Part shown: piece after piece, positions 9,612 to 18,096 of the stretch | How positions within the stretch are numbered: position 1 is the stretch's first letter | How the letters are laid out: the number at the start of each line of letters is the position of its first letter | Assembly (NCBI GenBank): GCA_949288955.1 | Contig: CASEMS010000002.1 | Coordinates: forward strand, 6,490 to 70,489 | Direction: 5' to 3' | Source of the DNA: an uncultured Lentisphaeraceae bacterium | GTDB lineage: Bacteria; Verrucomicrobiota; Kiritimatiellia; RFP12; DVOR01 | Length of the DNA: 64,000 nt | The notes under the pieces: generated by a model | The model's input: only the letters and a program-made list of their open reading frames with translations | Told to the model about the DNA's origin: nothing | Databases searched by the model: none | Position numbers and translations under genes: made by a program

Positions 9612-12148
9612 CGCGCGGCCTCCCGGGGCGCCCCGTCCTCCGTCAGCGCGAAGACGCGGAGGCTCTCGAAGCCCTTGTCGTCGATGATCTTCACCGCCAC
9701 CTTCCGGTTCTCCCCCGGCCTGAAGGGCAGGCTCTTCGTCCCCTGATAGGCCCGCAGACGCTCCGGCGCGATCGTCCCCCGCAGGGTCGCCTCCAGCCGC
9801 CGCCAGACATCCGCGCCGGGGAAGAGGCACTGCTCCGGGTTCACGCACCGCCCATCGTAGTTGCCATCGACCATCCACATGGCGATGTTCGCCGCGCCGC
9901 GCGAGGTCATCGTCTGCCGCACCGGGTCGTAATAGTCGAAGCCCAGCACCTCCGCCGTCAGCATCCCCTCCGCGTCACGCACCAAGGCCACGTCCGGCTG
10001 CCCCACCAACGTGAAGCTTTGGTTGCGGAACTGCCGCTTCAGCAGGTCGGTCATCTGCAGATCCGTGTTCATCTGCACGGTCAGGACGCGTGCGTAGCCC
10101 ACCTTGCTGCGTGCGAGCGCCTCCGAGGCCTCGGCCGTGAACTGGAAGGCCGCGAAGACGAGCAGGGCCGGGCGGGGGCGCACGTCGTCCGCCTCGTCCA
10201 GCGCGTTGTGCACCACCGCCAGGCTCATCGGCGCCGACGCGCTCCCCAGGCAGACCAACGCCTCCTGCCCCTCCTCCGTCACCCCCCGCGCATGGAACCA
10301 CGTGTGCGCCCCCGAGACCTCCAGCGACCGGAAGCGCAGCCGCTCCTCCCCCGACCCCGTCCGGATCCCCGAGGCCCGCAGCTCCGCCACCCACTCCTCC
10401 AGATTCCGCCCCGCCGCCATCCCCTCCTCCGGCCGCGCCTCCAGCAACGGCTCGATCACCGGCTCCGGCAGCGCCTCCACCGTGAAGGGGCCCGTAACAC
10501 GCACCCGACCCTTCTCGACGATCGGCCGGTCCCACAGCGTCTCCTCCCGCGACGGCACGCCATTGGCGATGTCGCCCAACATCACGTGCGGCACCGTCTT
10601 GTAGACCAGCCCGCCGTCCACACCCCGCCCCTCGTCCGCCAGCTTGTACCAATCGTAAGCCTGCGTAATCAGCCGCCGCTTCGCCAACGCCAAGGCCACC
10701 CGACTCGTGTCGATCGTGATCCAACGCCGCCCCCACTCCTCCGCCACCACCGCCGTCGTCCCACTCCCGCACGTCGGGTCCAACACCAAGTCCCCCGGAT
10801 CCGTCGTCATCAGGATGCAACGTTGGATGACCTCACGCGATGTCTGGACAACATAGACTTTGGAGTCCGCCCGACTCTGTATGCCGCCGACATCATCCCA
10901 GAGGTTCGAGATACTCATCCAGTTGAAATCGTCCAAGTAACGGACATAGTTTAATGTGTTCGCACTGGCTTCCAAACGATTGGCTGCGGCCAACCGTTGC
11001 AATCCTTCCAATGTCGTCTTAAAGGTGCCATTGCCAGGCGAATATTTCCGCCCCCCAAACTCAAACTCGCGCACATCTCCGTTCCCCGCAGAACGGCGAG
11101 ACGTCAAATTGTCTAACCGATACACTCGGCTTCCCGTTGGCCTATCTTCATAAACGAACTTACTCCCTGTTCGTCTCTCCCACTCACTGATTGGCATACG
11201 CTCCCCAGACTCTAATTCTATGTTACGGTACTTACTCGCCCCCTCTCCCCCGAAAGTCTTCTCCTTGAAGAGCTCGTGATACTTTACCTTTTCCCGGTCC
11301 TTCGCATACCAAAGGAGATAGTCTCCTGCACGATCAAGCGTACCAGACTCGTTTCCACTCGTCGTGGTATAGGAAATCATGGAGACGCAATTGTCGGGGC
11401 CGAAGACCTCATCGAGGAGGCAACGGACGCGGTGGACGTTCTCCATCGAGATTTGGACGAAGATGGAGCCGGTGGGGGCGAGGAGGTCGCGCATGAGGAT
11501 GAGGCGGTCGCGGAGGTAGGAAAGGTAACTGTGGACACCCCATTTCCAGGTATCGCGGAAGGCCGTGACCATCTCCGGCTCGGCGGTGAGGTCCTCGTCC
11601 TTGCCGTCCTTCACGTCGCGCTTGTGGATGGAGGGCATGAAGTTGGAGCCGAACTTGATGCCGTAGGGCGGGTCCATGTAGATGCACTGCACCTGGCCCG
11701 CCAGGCGCTCATGGCGGAGCAGGGCGTTCATCACCAGCAGGGAATCGCCCGCGATCAGGCGGTTGGTCCACTGCATGGTGTGGTTGTAGGCATAGATCTC
11801 CTCCGTGCGCAGACGGCGGCGGTCGGCCTCCGGCAGGCCGAAGAGGTCCAGCTGCACCGGGTCCCGGTCTTGGTCGGCGAAGGTGGCTTTGAGGATGCGC
11901 AGGGGATTGACGGCCTCGTGCTGGTGGATGGTGAAGGTCGGCACCTCCACCGCGTCCTCGCCCTTCTGGAACCACACCAGGCGCGGGATGTCGTGCGCGT
12001 CGATTTCATAGACCTCCGGGGACCCCGTCTCACGGACGCCGCCTGTCTCGTTCGCCGCCGGGAGCACGGCGCGTTTGTGCTCCGGGTGCAGATACGTATC
12101 CGCCGCGTCGCCCTGCGGTTCATCGACACCGTGTCTCTTGCCAGCCAT
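9608..12148 (-). CDS. mod: Type III R-M adenine-specific DNA methyltransferase (Mod subunit)
   Basis: NRLIAGDSL, motif IV DPPYG, motif I LDPTCGSGTT; beta-class order with the TRD between the motifs. Confidence 0.92.
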   Translation of the reverse strand: MAGKRHGVDEPQGDAADTYLHPEHKRAVLPAANETGGVRETGSPEVYEIDAHDIPRLVWFQKGEDAVEVPTFTIHQHEAVNPLRILKATFADQDRDPVQLDLFGLPEADRRRLRTEEIYAYNHTMQWTNRLIAGDSLLVMNALLRHERLAGQVQCIYMDPPYGIKFGSNFMPSIHKRDVKDGKDEDLTAEPEMVTAFRDTWKWGVHSYLSYLRDRLILMRDLLAPTGSIFVQISMENVHRVRCLLDEVFGPDNCVSMISYTTTSGNESGTLDRAGDYLLWYAKDREKVKYHELFKEKTFGGEGASKYRNIELESGERMPISEWERRTGSKFVYEDRPTGSRVYRLDNLTSRRSAGNGDVREFEFGGRKYSPGNGTFKTTLEGLQRLAAANRLEASANTLNYVRYLDDFNWMSISNLWDDVGGIQSRADSKVYVVQTSREVIQRCILMTTDPGDLVLDPTCGSGTTAVVAEEWGRRWITIDTSRVALALAKRRLITQAYDWYKLADEGRGVDGGLVYKTVPHVMLGDIANGVPSREETLWDRPIVEKGRVRVTGPFTVEALPEPVIEPLLEARPEEGMAAGRNLEEWVAELRASGIRTGSGEERLRFRSLEVSGAHTWFHARGVTEEGQEALVCLGSASAPMSLAVVHNALDEADDVRPRPALLVFAAFQFTAEASEALARSKVGYARVLTVQMNTDLQMTDLLKRQFRNQSFTLVGQPDVALVRDAEGMLTAEVLGFDYYDPVRQTMTSRGAANIAMWMVDGNYDGRCVNPEQCLFPGADVWRRLEATLRGTIAPERLRAYQGTKSLPFRPGENRKVAVKIIDDKGFESLRVFALTEDGAPREAAR

Positions 12149-12164
12149 AAAGGCGCCCTCCACG

Positions 12165-12336
12165 TCTGTTCCGGATCGGGCGTCCGCTAAGAGCCGTGAG
12201 AGAAACAGACGGGAGGGCATACGCACCACGGCGCATGCCACACCCGAACGTTTGCTCTCTCAATGTTTAGCGGACTTTGATCCGAGCAAATCATTCGTGC
12301 GTGCTGCACGTTGACCCCTGCGGCTACTCCCGCAGG
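12165..12336. other. Long imperfect palindrome plus a small hairpin in the mod 5' leader (candidate structured RNA or DNA site)
   Basis: Nested pairings CGGATC/GATCCG, GTCCGCTAA/TTAGCGGAC, TGAGAGA/TCTCTCA, GGCATACGC/GCGCATGCC; separate CCTGCGG/CCGCAGG hairpin. Confidence 0.6.
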
Positions 12337-12347
12337 CGATGTATTGT

Positions 12348-12376
12348 AGTGTACCTTCCCCGACTCTCGCCGTCAA
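12348..12376 (-). promoter_or_regulatory. Sigma70-like promoter for mod-res
   Basis: TTGACG-17 nt-TACACT on minus. Confidence 0.65.
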
Positions 12377-12431
12377 GCCTCCCCTTTTCTTCCCCTCCCT
12401 TGCTGCACCTTGCATAATGTTATGGGTTGCG

Positions 12432-12471
12432 CAAAAAGAGCCGGGGATGCGCGGCGAGCCGCCATCCCCGG
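12432..12471 (-). terminator. Intrinsic terminator of the GH89 gene
   Basis: CCGGGGATG...CATCCCCGG stem followed by CTCTTTTT on minus. Confidence 0.7.
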
Positions 12472-12500
12472 ATGGATGTTGGGCGATTGGCGCCCCGACC

Positions 12501-14966
12501 CTAGCGTGTCGCGCGCGGGGTGACGGTGAGGATGCCGGCCGAACGGTTCCCGCCGTCGCCCTCGCCCTCCACGCGCAGCGTGTACGAGGAGAGGTCCGTC
12601 CGGAAATCCGGCAGGCGCAGCGTGTACACATTATCCTTGCGGCGGATCCCCGCATAGCCGGGATGGACGTCCTCCGCGACAAGGCGGTCGCCCTCGTAGA
12701 GGGCCACGCGGGCGATGCGCAAGGCATTGGGGCCGCTCGTCCAGCGGAACTCGACGTCATAGACGCCCGCCCGGTCGATTTGGTCGGAGACGTCCACGGC
12801 CATCACCCCCGCGGCAAGATCCCACGCGATGCCGCGTGAATAGGCGAAGGCCTCGGGCCAACGGGCATGGCAGGCACGCGCGAAGGTCAGCGCGGCGGCG
12901 ACGTCCTCCACCAACGTCCCTTTGGGCGCGGCGATGGCGGCGCCCTCCGCCTCGAAGGCACGGTCAATCTCGGCAAGCGCGGGGCCGAGGGCCTTTGGGT
13001 CGGGGTTGGCGAAGAAGGCCTCCCAACGCTTCCGGTAATAGCCGCCCATAAGGCCCGCGAGCTGACGATGGGCGTAATCGTTGAGCGAGCCGCGGGGGCG
13101 ACCCGTCCACGTGGAGACCATGCGCCGCCACGCGCGCACCCCCGCCTCGCCGCCACCGCGTCGGGCCCGGGCCTCATACCAATCCAACCGCCAACGCGGC
13201 TCATGGGCAAGGACGGTCTCCGTGCGGGCGATGGCCTCCAAGAAGGCCGTGCGCGCGTCGGCGTCCTCCTTCGCGCGGGAAAGCAGGGGCCGCCCCAAAT
13301 CGGCAAGCGCCTGCCGGGTCACGTCGGCGAGGTCGTAGCGGAAGGTGGCCTCCCCGAGCAACGCCGGCGTCTCGCGGGCCGCCCGCAGCAGCGCCTCGGC
13401 GGCGCGAAGCGTGGCGATGGGCGCATAGTAAGGCTCGCCACTCGTCCAAGACGAGACCTTCCGGGCCGTCCACGAAGGCCGGGCGCAGAGGATATTCTCG
13501 AAGGAGCCATCCTGCTCGCGGTTGAAGGTATGGGCGGAGTCGAGCAACGCGGCCAGCCCCTGAAGGACGGCCGGGGTGCAGAGCCCGTAGCGGCGGGTGG
13601 CGTAACGCGCCAGCCAATCGCCCAAGTCCGCGCGGTCCATCACCTTGTCCGCCGGCATGAAGAAGCGCTCGGCGAAGAGCTCATAGGCCATCGGGCTGGT
13701 CTCCAGCCCCTCGGAGAGAAAACCGAAGCCCGCCAACGTCTTGGCCCCGGGCGTCCGCGTCAGGCGCCCCAGGCGGCCCAACATCGGCAAGCCCCCGTTG
13801 AAGCCGTTGCGCCCGCCGAAGTTGAAGAGCTCGCACCACAGCCACGGGATCTCCCCGAAGGTGCGCGCGTAGTCGCAGCCCCCCGACTGATCGCGCACAA
13901 GCGCCTCGATAAGCGTGTGCCGGGGGTCGACGCCCCGCAGCAGCTCCGGCCGCGGGTTCGCCTGCCACGCCTGGATCACCCACTTCGCGCCCGGGCACGC
14001 CGCCTGTTGGGCGGCCTGCACCGCCCGCGCGCACGCCGTCACATCCAAGCCGCCCGTGCGCCCACCCTCATGGAAGAGATCGCCCGCGAACGCCTCCGCC
14101 CGCTCGATCCCATAGACCGCCAGCAGATTGCGGTACCACACCGCCGCCACGTCGCGGAACGCCCGCGTGGTCGGATCCAGCACGATGGGCCGCACAAAGC
14201 CGTCGCACCACGTCCCCTGCGGCACGAAGCGCGCATCCGGGAAGCGCCCCTTGTCAAGCCATTCCGGCGCGTCGTGCGGCATCAACCCCACGAAGCCATG
14301 CAGGATCGGCTCCATCCCCAACGCCCGCGCCTCCCGCACGATGAAGCGCCCCACCTCCGCGTTACGGTCAATCGCCTCCTGCGGCAAAGGCCCCCCCAGC
14401 CCCTCCAGGTTCCCCATGTTCCACCACGCCGCGGCCGCCTCATCCGGCAGGAACGCCGCGATGCTCGCCTCCGGGCAGCCCAGCTCGCGCAGCGTCAGCT
14501 GCCACACCTTCTGCAACCCCGCCTGCACCAACAGCCGCCGCACCCCGAAAAGCGCCAGCCGGTCCAGCTCCTCCCGCCACGCCCCCTCATCCCAGAACGC
14601 CATCGTGTACGACAGCGTGCAGTAATTGTACGCCACCGAGTCCGGATACGCCGGCTTGAACGAGAGCGTCCGATCCGGCGCCGGCCACGGCCCCTCCAGA
14701 CGCTCCCCGCACCACGACCAATGCGCGTCCGCCACCTCCCGCAGATAAAGGCCCAGCCCAGCCGCCGCCAACCGCGTCTCCGGCGCCGCGATCGCGATCC
14801 CCTCCTCCCCCACCCGCGCGATGCGGATCTCCCCCATCCCCGGATCCACCCGGAACGCCACCCGCCCCGCCAGCGCGAGATCCACCCGCCCCGCCAAATC
14901 CTCCAACGGCCCCGCCGAACCCACCGCCGCCGCAAACCCGGCCACCGCCATCAGCAATCCACGCAT
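12501..14966 (-). CDS. Secreted alpha-N-acetylglucosaminidase (GH89) with a C-terminal beta-domain
   Basis: Signal peptide MRGLLMAVAG...; YNYCTLSYTMAFWD, WWNMGNL, DLFHEGG, NFGGR, DYAHRQ motifs. Confidence 0.9.
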   Translation of the reverse strand: MRGLLMAVAGFAAAVGSAGPLEDLAGRVDLALAGRVAFRVDPGMGEIRIARVGEEGIAIAAPETRLAAAGLGLYLREVADAHWSWCGERLEGPWPAPDRTLSFKPAYPDSVAYNYCTLSYTMAFWDEGAWREELDRLALFGVRRLLVQAGLQKVWQLTLRELGCPEASIAAFLPDEAAAAWWNMGNLEGLGGPLPQEAIDRNAEVGRFIVREARALGMEPILHGFVGLMPHDAPEWLDKGRFPDARFVPQGTWCDGFVRPIVLDPTTRAFRDVAAVWYRNLLAVYGIERAEAFAGDLFHEGGRTGGLDVTACARAVQAAQQAACPGAKWVIQAWQANPRPELLRGVDPRHTLIEALVRDQSGGCDYARTFGEIPWLWCELFNFGGRNGFNGGLPMLGRLGRLTRTPGAKTLAGFGFLSEGLETSPMAYELFAERFFMPADKVMDRADLGDWLARYATRRYGLCTPAVLQGLAALLDSAHTFNREQDGSFENILCARPSWTARKVSSWTSGEPYYAPIATLRAAEALLRAARETPALLGEATFRYDLADVTRQALADLGRPLLSRAKEDADARTAFLEAIARTETVLAHEPRWRLDWYEARARRGGGEAGVRAWRRMVSTWTGRPRGSLNDYAHRQLAGLMGGYYRKRWEAFFANPDPKALGPALAEIDRAFEAEGAAIAAPKGTLVEDVAAALTFARACHARWPEAFAYSRGIAWDLAAGVMAVDVSDQIDRAGVYDVEFRWTSGPNALRIARVALYEGDRLVAEDVHPGYAGIRRKDNVYTLRLPDFRTDLSSYTLRVEGEGDGGNRSAGILTVTPRATR

Positions 14967-15092
14967 CGCGCAATCCTTTCGCTTCGCTCTCAAGAGATGA
15001 CCACTATTATAAGGCAACCATCGCGCCGCGCCACGCACGCCAAGCGCCCAATCCTCCCCCCATCACTGCGGAACGCACCCCACCCCACGGCA

Positions 15093-15128
15093 CAAAAAAA
15101 CCGCCGCAAGCCCTTCGCTTGCGGCGGC
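15093..15128 (-). terminator. Terminator of the tRNA operon
   Basis: CCGCCGCAAG...CTTGCGGCGG stem plus T run on minus. Confidence 0.8.
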
Positions 15129-15133
15129 CAAGA

Positions 15134-15208
15134 TGGCTCCGAAGGCAGGATTCGAACCTGCGACCAAGTGATTAACAGTCACCTGCGCTACCACTGCGCC
15201 ACTTCGGA
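15134..15208 (-). tRNA. tRNA-Asn(GTT)
   Basis: TCCGAAG acceptor stem, anticodon loop CTGTTAA, GGTTCGAATCC, CCA end. Confidence 0.95.
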
Positions 15209-15228
15209 TCGTGGTTGTTTCCCCTCGA

Positions 15229-15304
15229 TGGTAGCGGGTGAGGGGATCGAACCCCCGACACGCGGATTATGATTCCGCTGCTCTACCGACTGAGCTAACC
15301 CGCC
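15229..15304 (-). tRNA. tRNA with CAT anticodon (elongator Met, possibly Ile2)
   Basis: GGCGGGT acceptor stem, GCGGA-ATCATAA-TCCGC anticodon arm, GGTTCGATCC, CCA end. Confidence 0.9.
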
Positions 15305-15383
15305 ATGTCGGGAAAACGCCGCATAGAATAGCACATGCCGTCCCCCTCTGCAAGCACTTTTTTTCGTTTTGTGAGAGACCCGA

Positions 15384-15850
15384 AGCACGACGGGGGGGGG
15401 GAAAAACCGCAGATTGCGCGGATTGAGGCGGATTTGGGGGTCGGCTACCGCCGACAGGACTGCCAGGGGGGAGACCACCAAGGACACGAAGGGGTGCACA
15501 GAGGAACACGAAGCACGACGGGGGACACAATCACAAAGGACACAACGGACACAAAGGGGAGCGCGGGCATGGCCCGCGCAGGACGGCCAGGAGGGAACCG
15601 CAGATTGCGCGGATTGAGGCGGATTTTGGGGTCGGCTACCGCCGACAGGACTGCCAGGGGGGAAAGACCACCAAGGGCACGAAGGAGGGCACAGAGGGAC
15701 ACGAAGCACGACGGGGGGACACAATCACAAAGAACACAACGGACACAAAGGGGAGCGCGGGCATGGCCCGCGCAGGACGGCGAGGGAGGAACCGCAGATT
15801 GCGCGGATTGAAGCGGATTTGGGGTCGGCTACCGCCGACAGGACTGCCAG
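15384..15850 (+). repeat. ~190-bp tandem composite repeat (about 2.4 units)
   Basis: Units begin AACCGCAGATTGCGCGGATT at 15405, 15596 and 15790; each has a GTCGGC-TACC-GCCGAC hairpin, and the two full units carry 9-nt CACRAAG repeats. Confidence 0.9.
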
Positions 15851-15894
15851 AATGCCTGACAAGTACAGCACGGCGAGAGGGACTCACTTGGGCA

Positions 15895-15975
15895 GCGCGG
15901 GAGGCGAGGGCGGTAGGGAGCGGTCAGCGGGCGAAGCCCGCAGAGCGACCGGCGGAGCCCGCAAGCCTCCCGCGC
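15895..15975 (+). repeat. ~81-bp branched palindromic element, copy 2
   Basis: GCGCGGGAGGC...GCCTCCCGCGC with inner GCGGGC-GAA-GCCCGC hairpin. Confidence 0.85.
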
Positions 15976-15990
15976 AACGGTCAAATCCCC

Positions 15991-16062
15991 CCAAGCCTCC
16001 AAACCTCCAAACCTCCAAACCTCCAAACTTCCAAACTTCCAAACTTCCAAACTTCCAAACTT
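15991..16062 (+). repeat. 8-bp tandem repeat CCAAACYT, 9 units
   Basis: ccaagcct, 3x ccaaacct, 5x ccaaactt. Confidence 0.95.
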
Positions 16063-16141
16063 CCCGCGCCCCCTTGCGTCTTTGCGGTTCCTTCTAGGAT
16101 AGCACGAACGAGAGACGGGGCACGGCGTTTTTCCTCTGGGG

Positions 16142-16215
16142 GCTGGCCCTCGGAGGATCGGCGGCTGATCCACCCCGGGGCGGCGGCTGATCCACCTTGG
16201 ATTGGCCGCCGATCC
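16142..16215. repeat. 22-bp GATC repeat units in both orientations
   Basis: Forward GGAGGATCGGCGGCTGA followed by reverse units GGCTGATCCACC... Confidence 0.7.
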
Positions 16216-16365
16216 AAAGTTATCAACAACCCCACCCTCCCGGCGGCCCCCGCGGAAAGCGTTTCGACAAGCGCGCGAGGCGCACATCGGGGGCCTTCGC
16301 GCGCTCCCCTCGCCGGCTGGGCGCGCAGGAGGTTTTCCCCGAAGAGGCCCGGCACGTTCGAGATT

Positions 16366-16394
16366 TTGCGCACGAGGGGCTTTTTTGTTATAGT
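16366..16394 (+). promoter_or_regulatory. Sigma70-like promoter of the folP operon
   Basis: TTGCGC-17 nt-TATAGT with extended TG. Confidence 0.6.
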
Positions 16395-16403
16395 CTTCTG
16401 CAA

Positions 16404-17252
16404 ATGCAGAAGCGAGCGCCAACGATTTGGGATTGCCGGGGGCGGGCCTTGGAGTTTGGCCCTCCCTTGGTGATGGGCATTCTCAACGTCACGTCGGACT
16501 CCTTCTTCGCGGACAGCCGCGTGGAGGGGGTGCGCGCGGTCGTGGCGCGTGGGGAGGCCTTGCTCGCGGCGGGGGCGGGGATCCTTGACGTGGGGGGGGA
16601 GTCGACGCGCCCGGGGGCCGCGCCGGTCTCGCCGGAGGAGGAGGCGGCGCGGGTGGTGCCGGCGATCCGCGCGTTGGCGGCGGCCTTCCCGGAGGCCGTG
16701 CTTTCGGTGGACACGCGGCACACGGCGGTGGCGCGGGCGGCGGTGGCGGCGGGGGCGCACATCGTGAACGACGTGGCCGGCTGCGCGCCGGAGCCGGGGA
16801 TGTGGGAGTTGGTGGCGGAGACGGGGGCGGGCTACGTGATGACCCATGCGCGCGGGACGCCCGAGACGATGGACGCGCTCACGGACTACGCGGACGTGGT
16901 GGGCGAGGTGGAGGCGGCGCTGCGGGAGGCGACGGCGCGCCTGGTGGCGCTGGGCGCGCGGCGGGGGCAGATCGCCTGGGATCCCGGACTGGGCTTCGCG
17001 AAGACGCACGCGGACTCGTGGCGGCTGTTGGGGGCGACGGCGCGCTTCGCGGCGTCGGGCCACGCGGTGGTGGTCGGGGCCTCGCGCAAACGTTTTCTGG
17101 GGGGGGAGACGCAGGGGCGCGGGCCGGCGAGCGTGGGGGCGGCGCTCTGGGCGGCCTCGCAGGGGGCGGCGGCGGTGCGCGTGCACGACGTGGCGGAGAC
17201 GGCGGAGGCCATGGGGGCCTTCCTCAAGGCAAGGGGGGCGGCGGATGTTTGA
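16404..17252 (+). CDS. folP: Dihydropteroate synthase
   Basis: VMGILNVTSDSF, DVGGESTRPG, DPGLGFAK, GASRKRF, RVHDV. Confidence 0.95.
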   Translation: MQKRAPTIWDCRGRALEFGPPLVMGILNVTSDSFFADSRVEGVRAVVARGEALLAAGAGILDVGGESTRPGAAPVSPEEEAARVVPAIRALAAAFPEAVLSVDTRHTAVARAAVAAGAHIVNDVAGCAPEPGMWELVAETGAGYVMTHARGTPETMDALTDYADVVGEVEAALREATARLVALGARRGQIAWDPGLGFAKTHADSWRLLGATARFAASGHAVVVGASRKRFLGGETQGRGPASVGAALWAASQGAAAVRVHDVAETAEAMGAFLKARGAADV

Positions 17253-18096
17253 GTCGTGGTGGCCGAACCTGATGGATCTCTTCCAGATCGCCTTGCTGAC
17301 GGCGGGGGTCTATTATGCCTTCATGGTGCTGAAGGGGACGCGCGCGGCGCAGATGCTGATGGGCGTGGGCGCACTCTTCCTGGCGATCTTCCTGGTAACG
17401 TCCTTCCTGGATCTGGACGTGGTGAACGTGGTGCTGCGCTGGCTCTCGGTGATCCTCTTCCTGGCGCTGCTGGTGGTCTTCCAGCCGGAGCTGCGGCGGG
17501 CGCTGTCGCTCCTGGGGCGCAACACCTACGTGCAGCTCTTGCAGGGGCGCATCCCCGAGACGCCTGCGGAGCTGTTGGTGCGCGTGGCGCGGAGCCTGGC
17601 CACGCGCCGCCTGGGGGCGCTGCTAGTGGTGGAGCGGGCGCAGGCGCTGGATCAGTGGTGCGAGACGGGGACGCGCCTGGACGCGCTGACCAGCGAGGAG
17701 CTCCTCATCAGCATCTTCACCCCGCCCCTGCCGCTGCACGACGGCGCCGTCATCCTGCGGGGCGACCGCGTGCGCGCGGCGCGGTGCATCCTGCCCATCG
17801 ACAACGAGCTGCGCCTGGAGGGCGTGGGCACCCGCCATCGCGCGGCGGTTACCTTCTCGCAGGAGTGCGACGCGCTCATCCTCGTGGTGTCGGAGGAGCG
17901 CGGGCAGATCTCCGTGGCGCGCGAGGGCAACCTCATCCGCAACCTGAGCGACCGCCAGCTGGAGCGCCTGCTGCGCGCGGCCTCCGTGCCGCCGGAGCGC
18001 CAACACGACTTCTACCACGCCGTCTTCGGCGCGCGCCAGGAGGTGCCGTGGTTCCTCAAACCCTTCGCCCGCCGGGAGCCGAAAGGCCATGCGTAA
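17245..18096 (+). CDS. cdaA: Diadenylate cyclase, membrane-bound CdaA/DacA type
   Basis: 3 N-terminal TM segments, FQPELRRAL, LHDGA and GTRHRAA DAC motifs, VSEERG. Confidence 0.93.
   Translation: MFESWWPNLMDLFQIALLTAGVYYAFMVLKGTRAAQMLMGVGALFLAIFLVTSFLDLDVVNVVLRWLSVILFLALLVVFQPELRRALSLLGRNTYVQLLQGRIPETPAELLVRVARSLATRRLGALLVVERAQALDQWCETGTRLDALTSEELLISIFTPPLPLHDGAVILRGDRVRAARCILPIDNELRLEGVGTRHRAAVTFSQECDALILVVSEERGQISVAREGNLIRNLSDRQLERLLRAASVPPERQHDFYHAVFGARQEVPWFLKPFARREPKGHA

Noticed and set aside
9608..12148. Phase-variable simple-sequence repeat in mod
   Set aside because: No tandem simple repeat tract is seen in the gene or its promoter.
12182..12275. Integron attC site
   Set aside because: The stem ends lack the canonical RYYYAAC/GTTRRRY cores and no integrase is present.
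12411..12432. dif (XerCD) site
   Set aside because: CATAA...TTATG is separated by 2 nt rather than 6, and the XerD arm (TTATGTTAAAT) is not matched.
15384..15850. Possible CRISPR array
   Set aside because: The whole ~190-bp unit is repeated with no unique spacers, and there are no cas genes in the window.
15188..16473. Small ORFs across the repeat region
   Set aside because: The translations merely mirror the DNA repeats or tRNAs and lack host-like codon bias.
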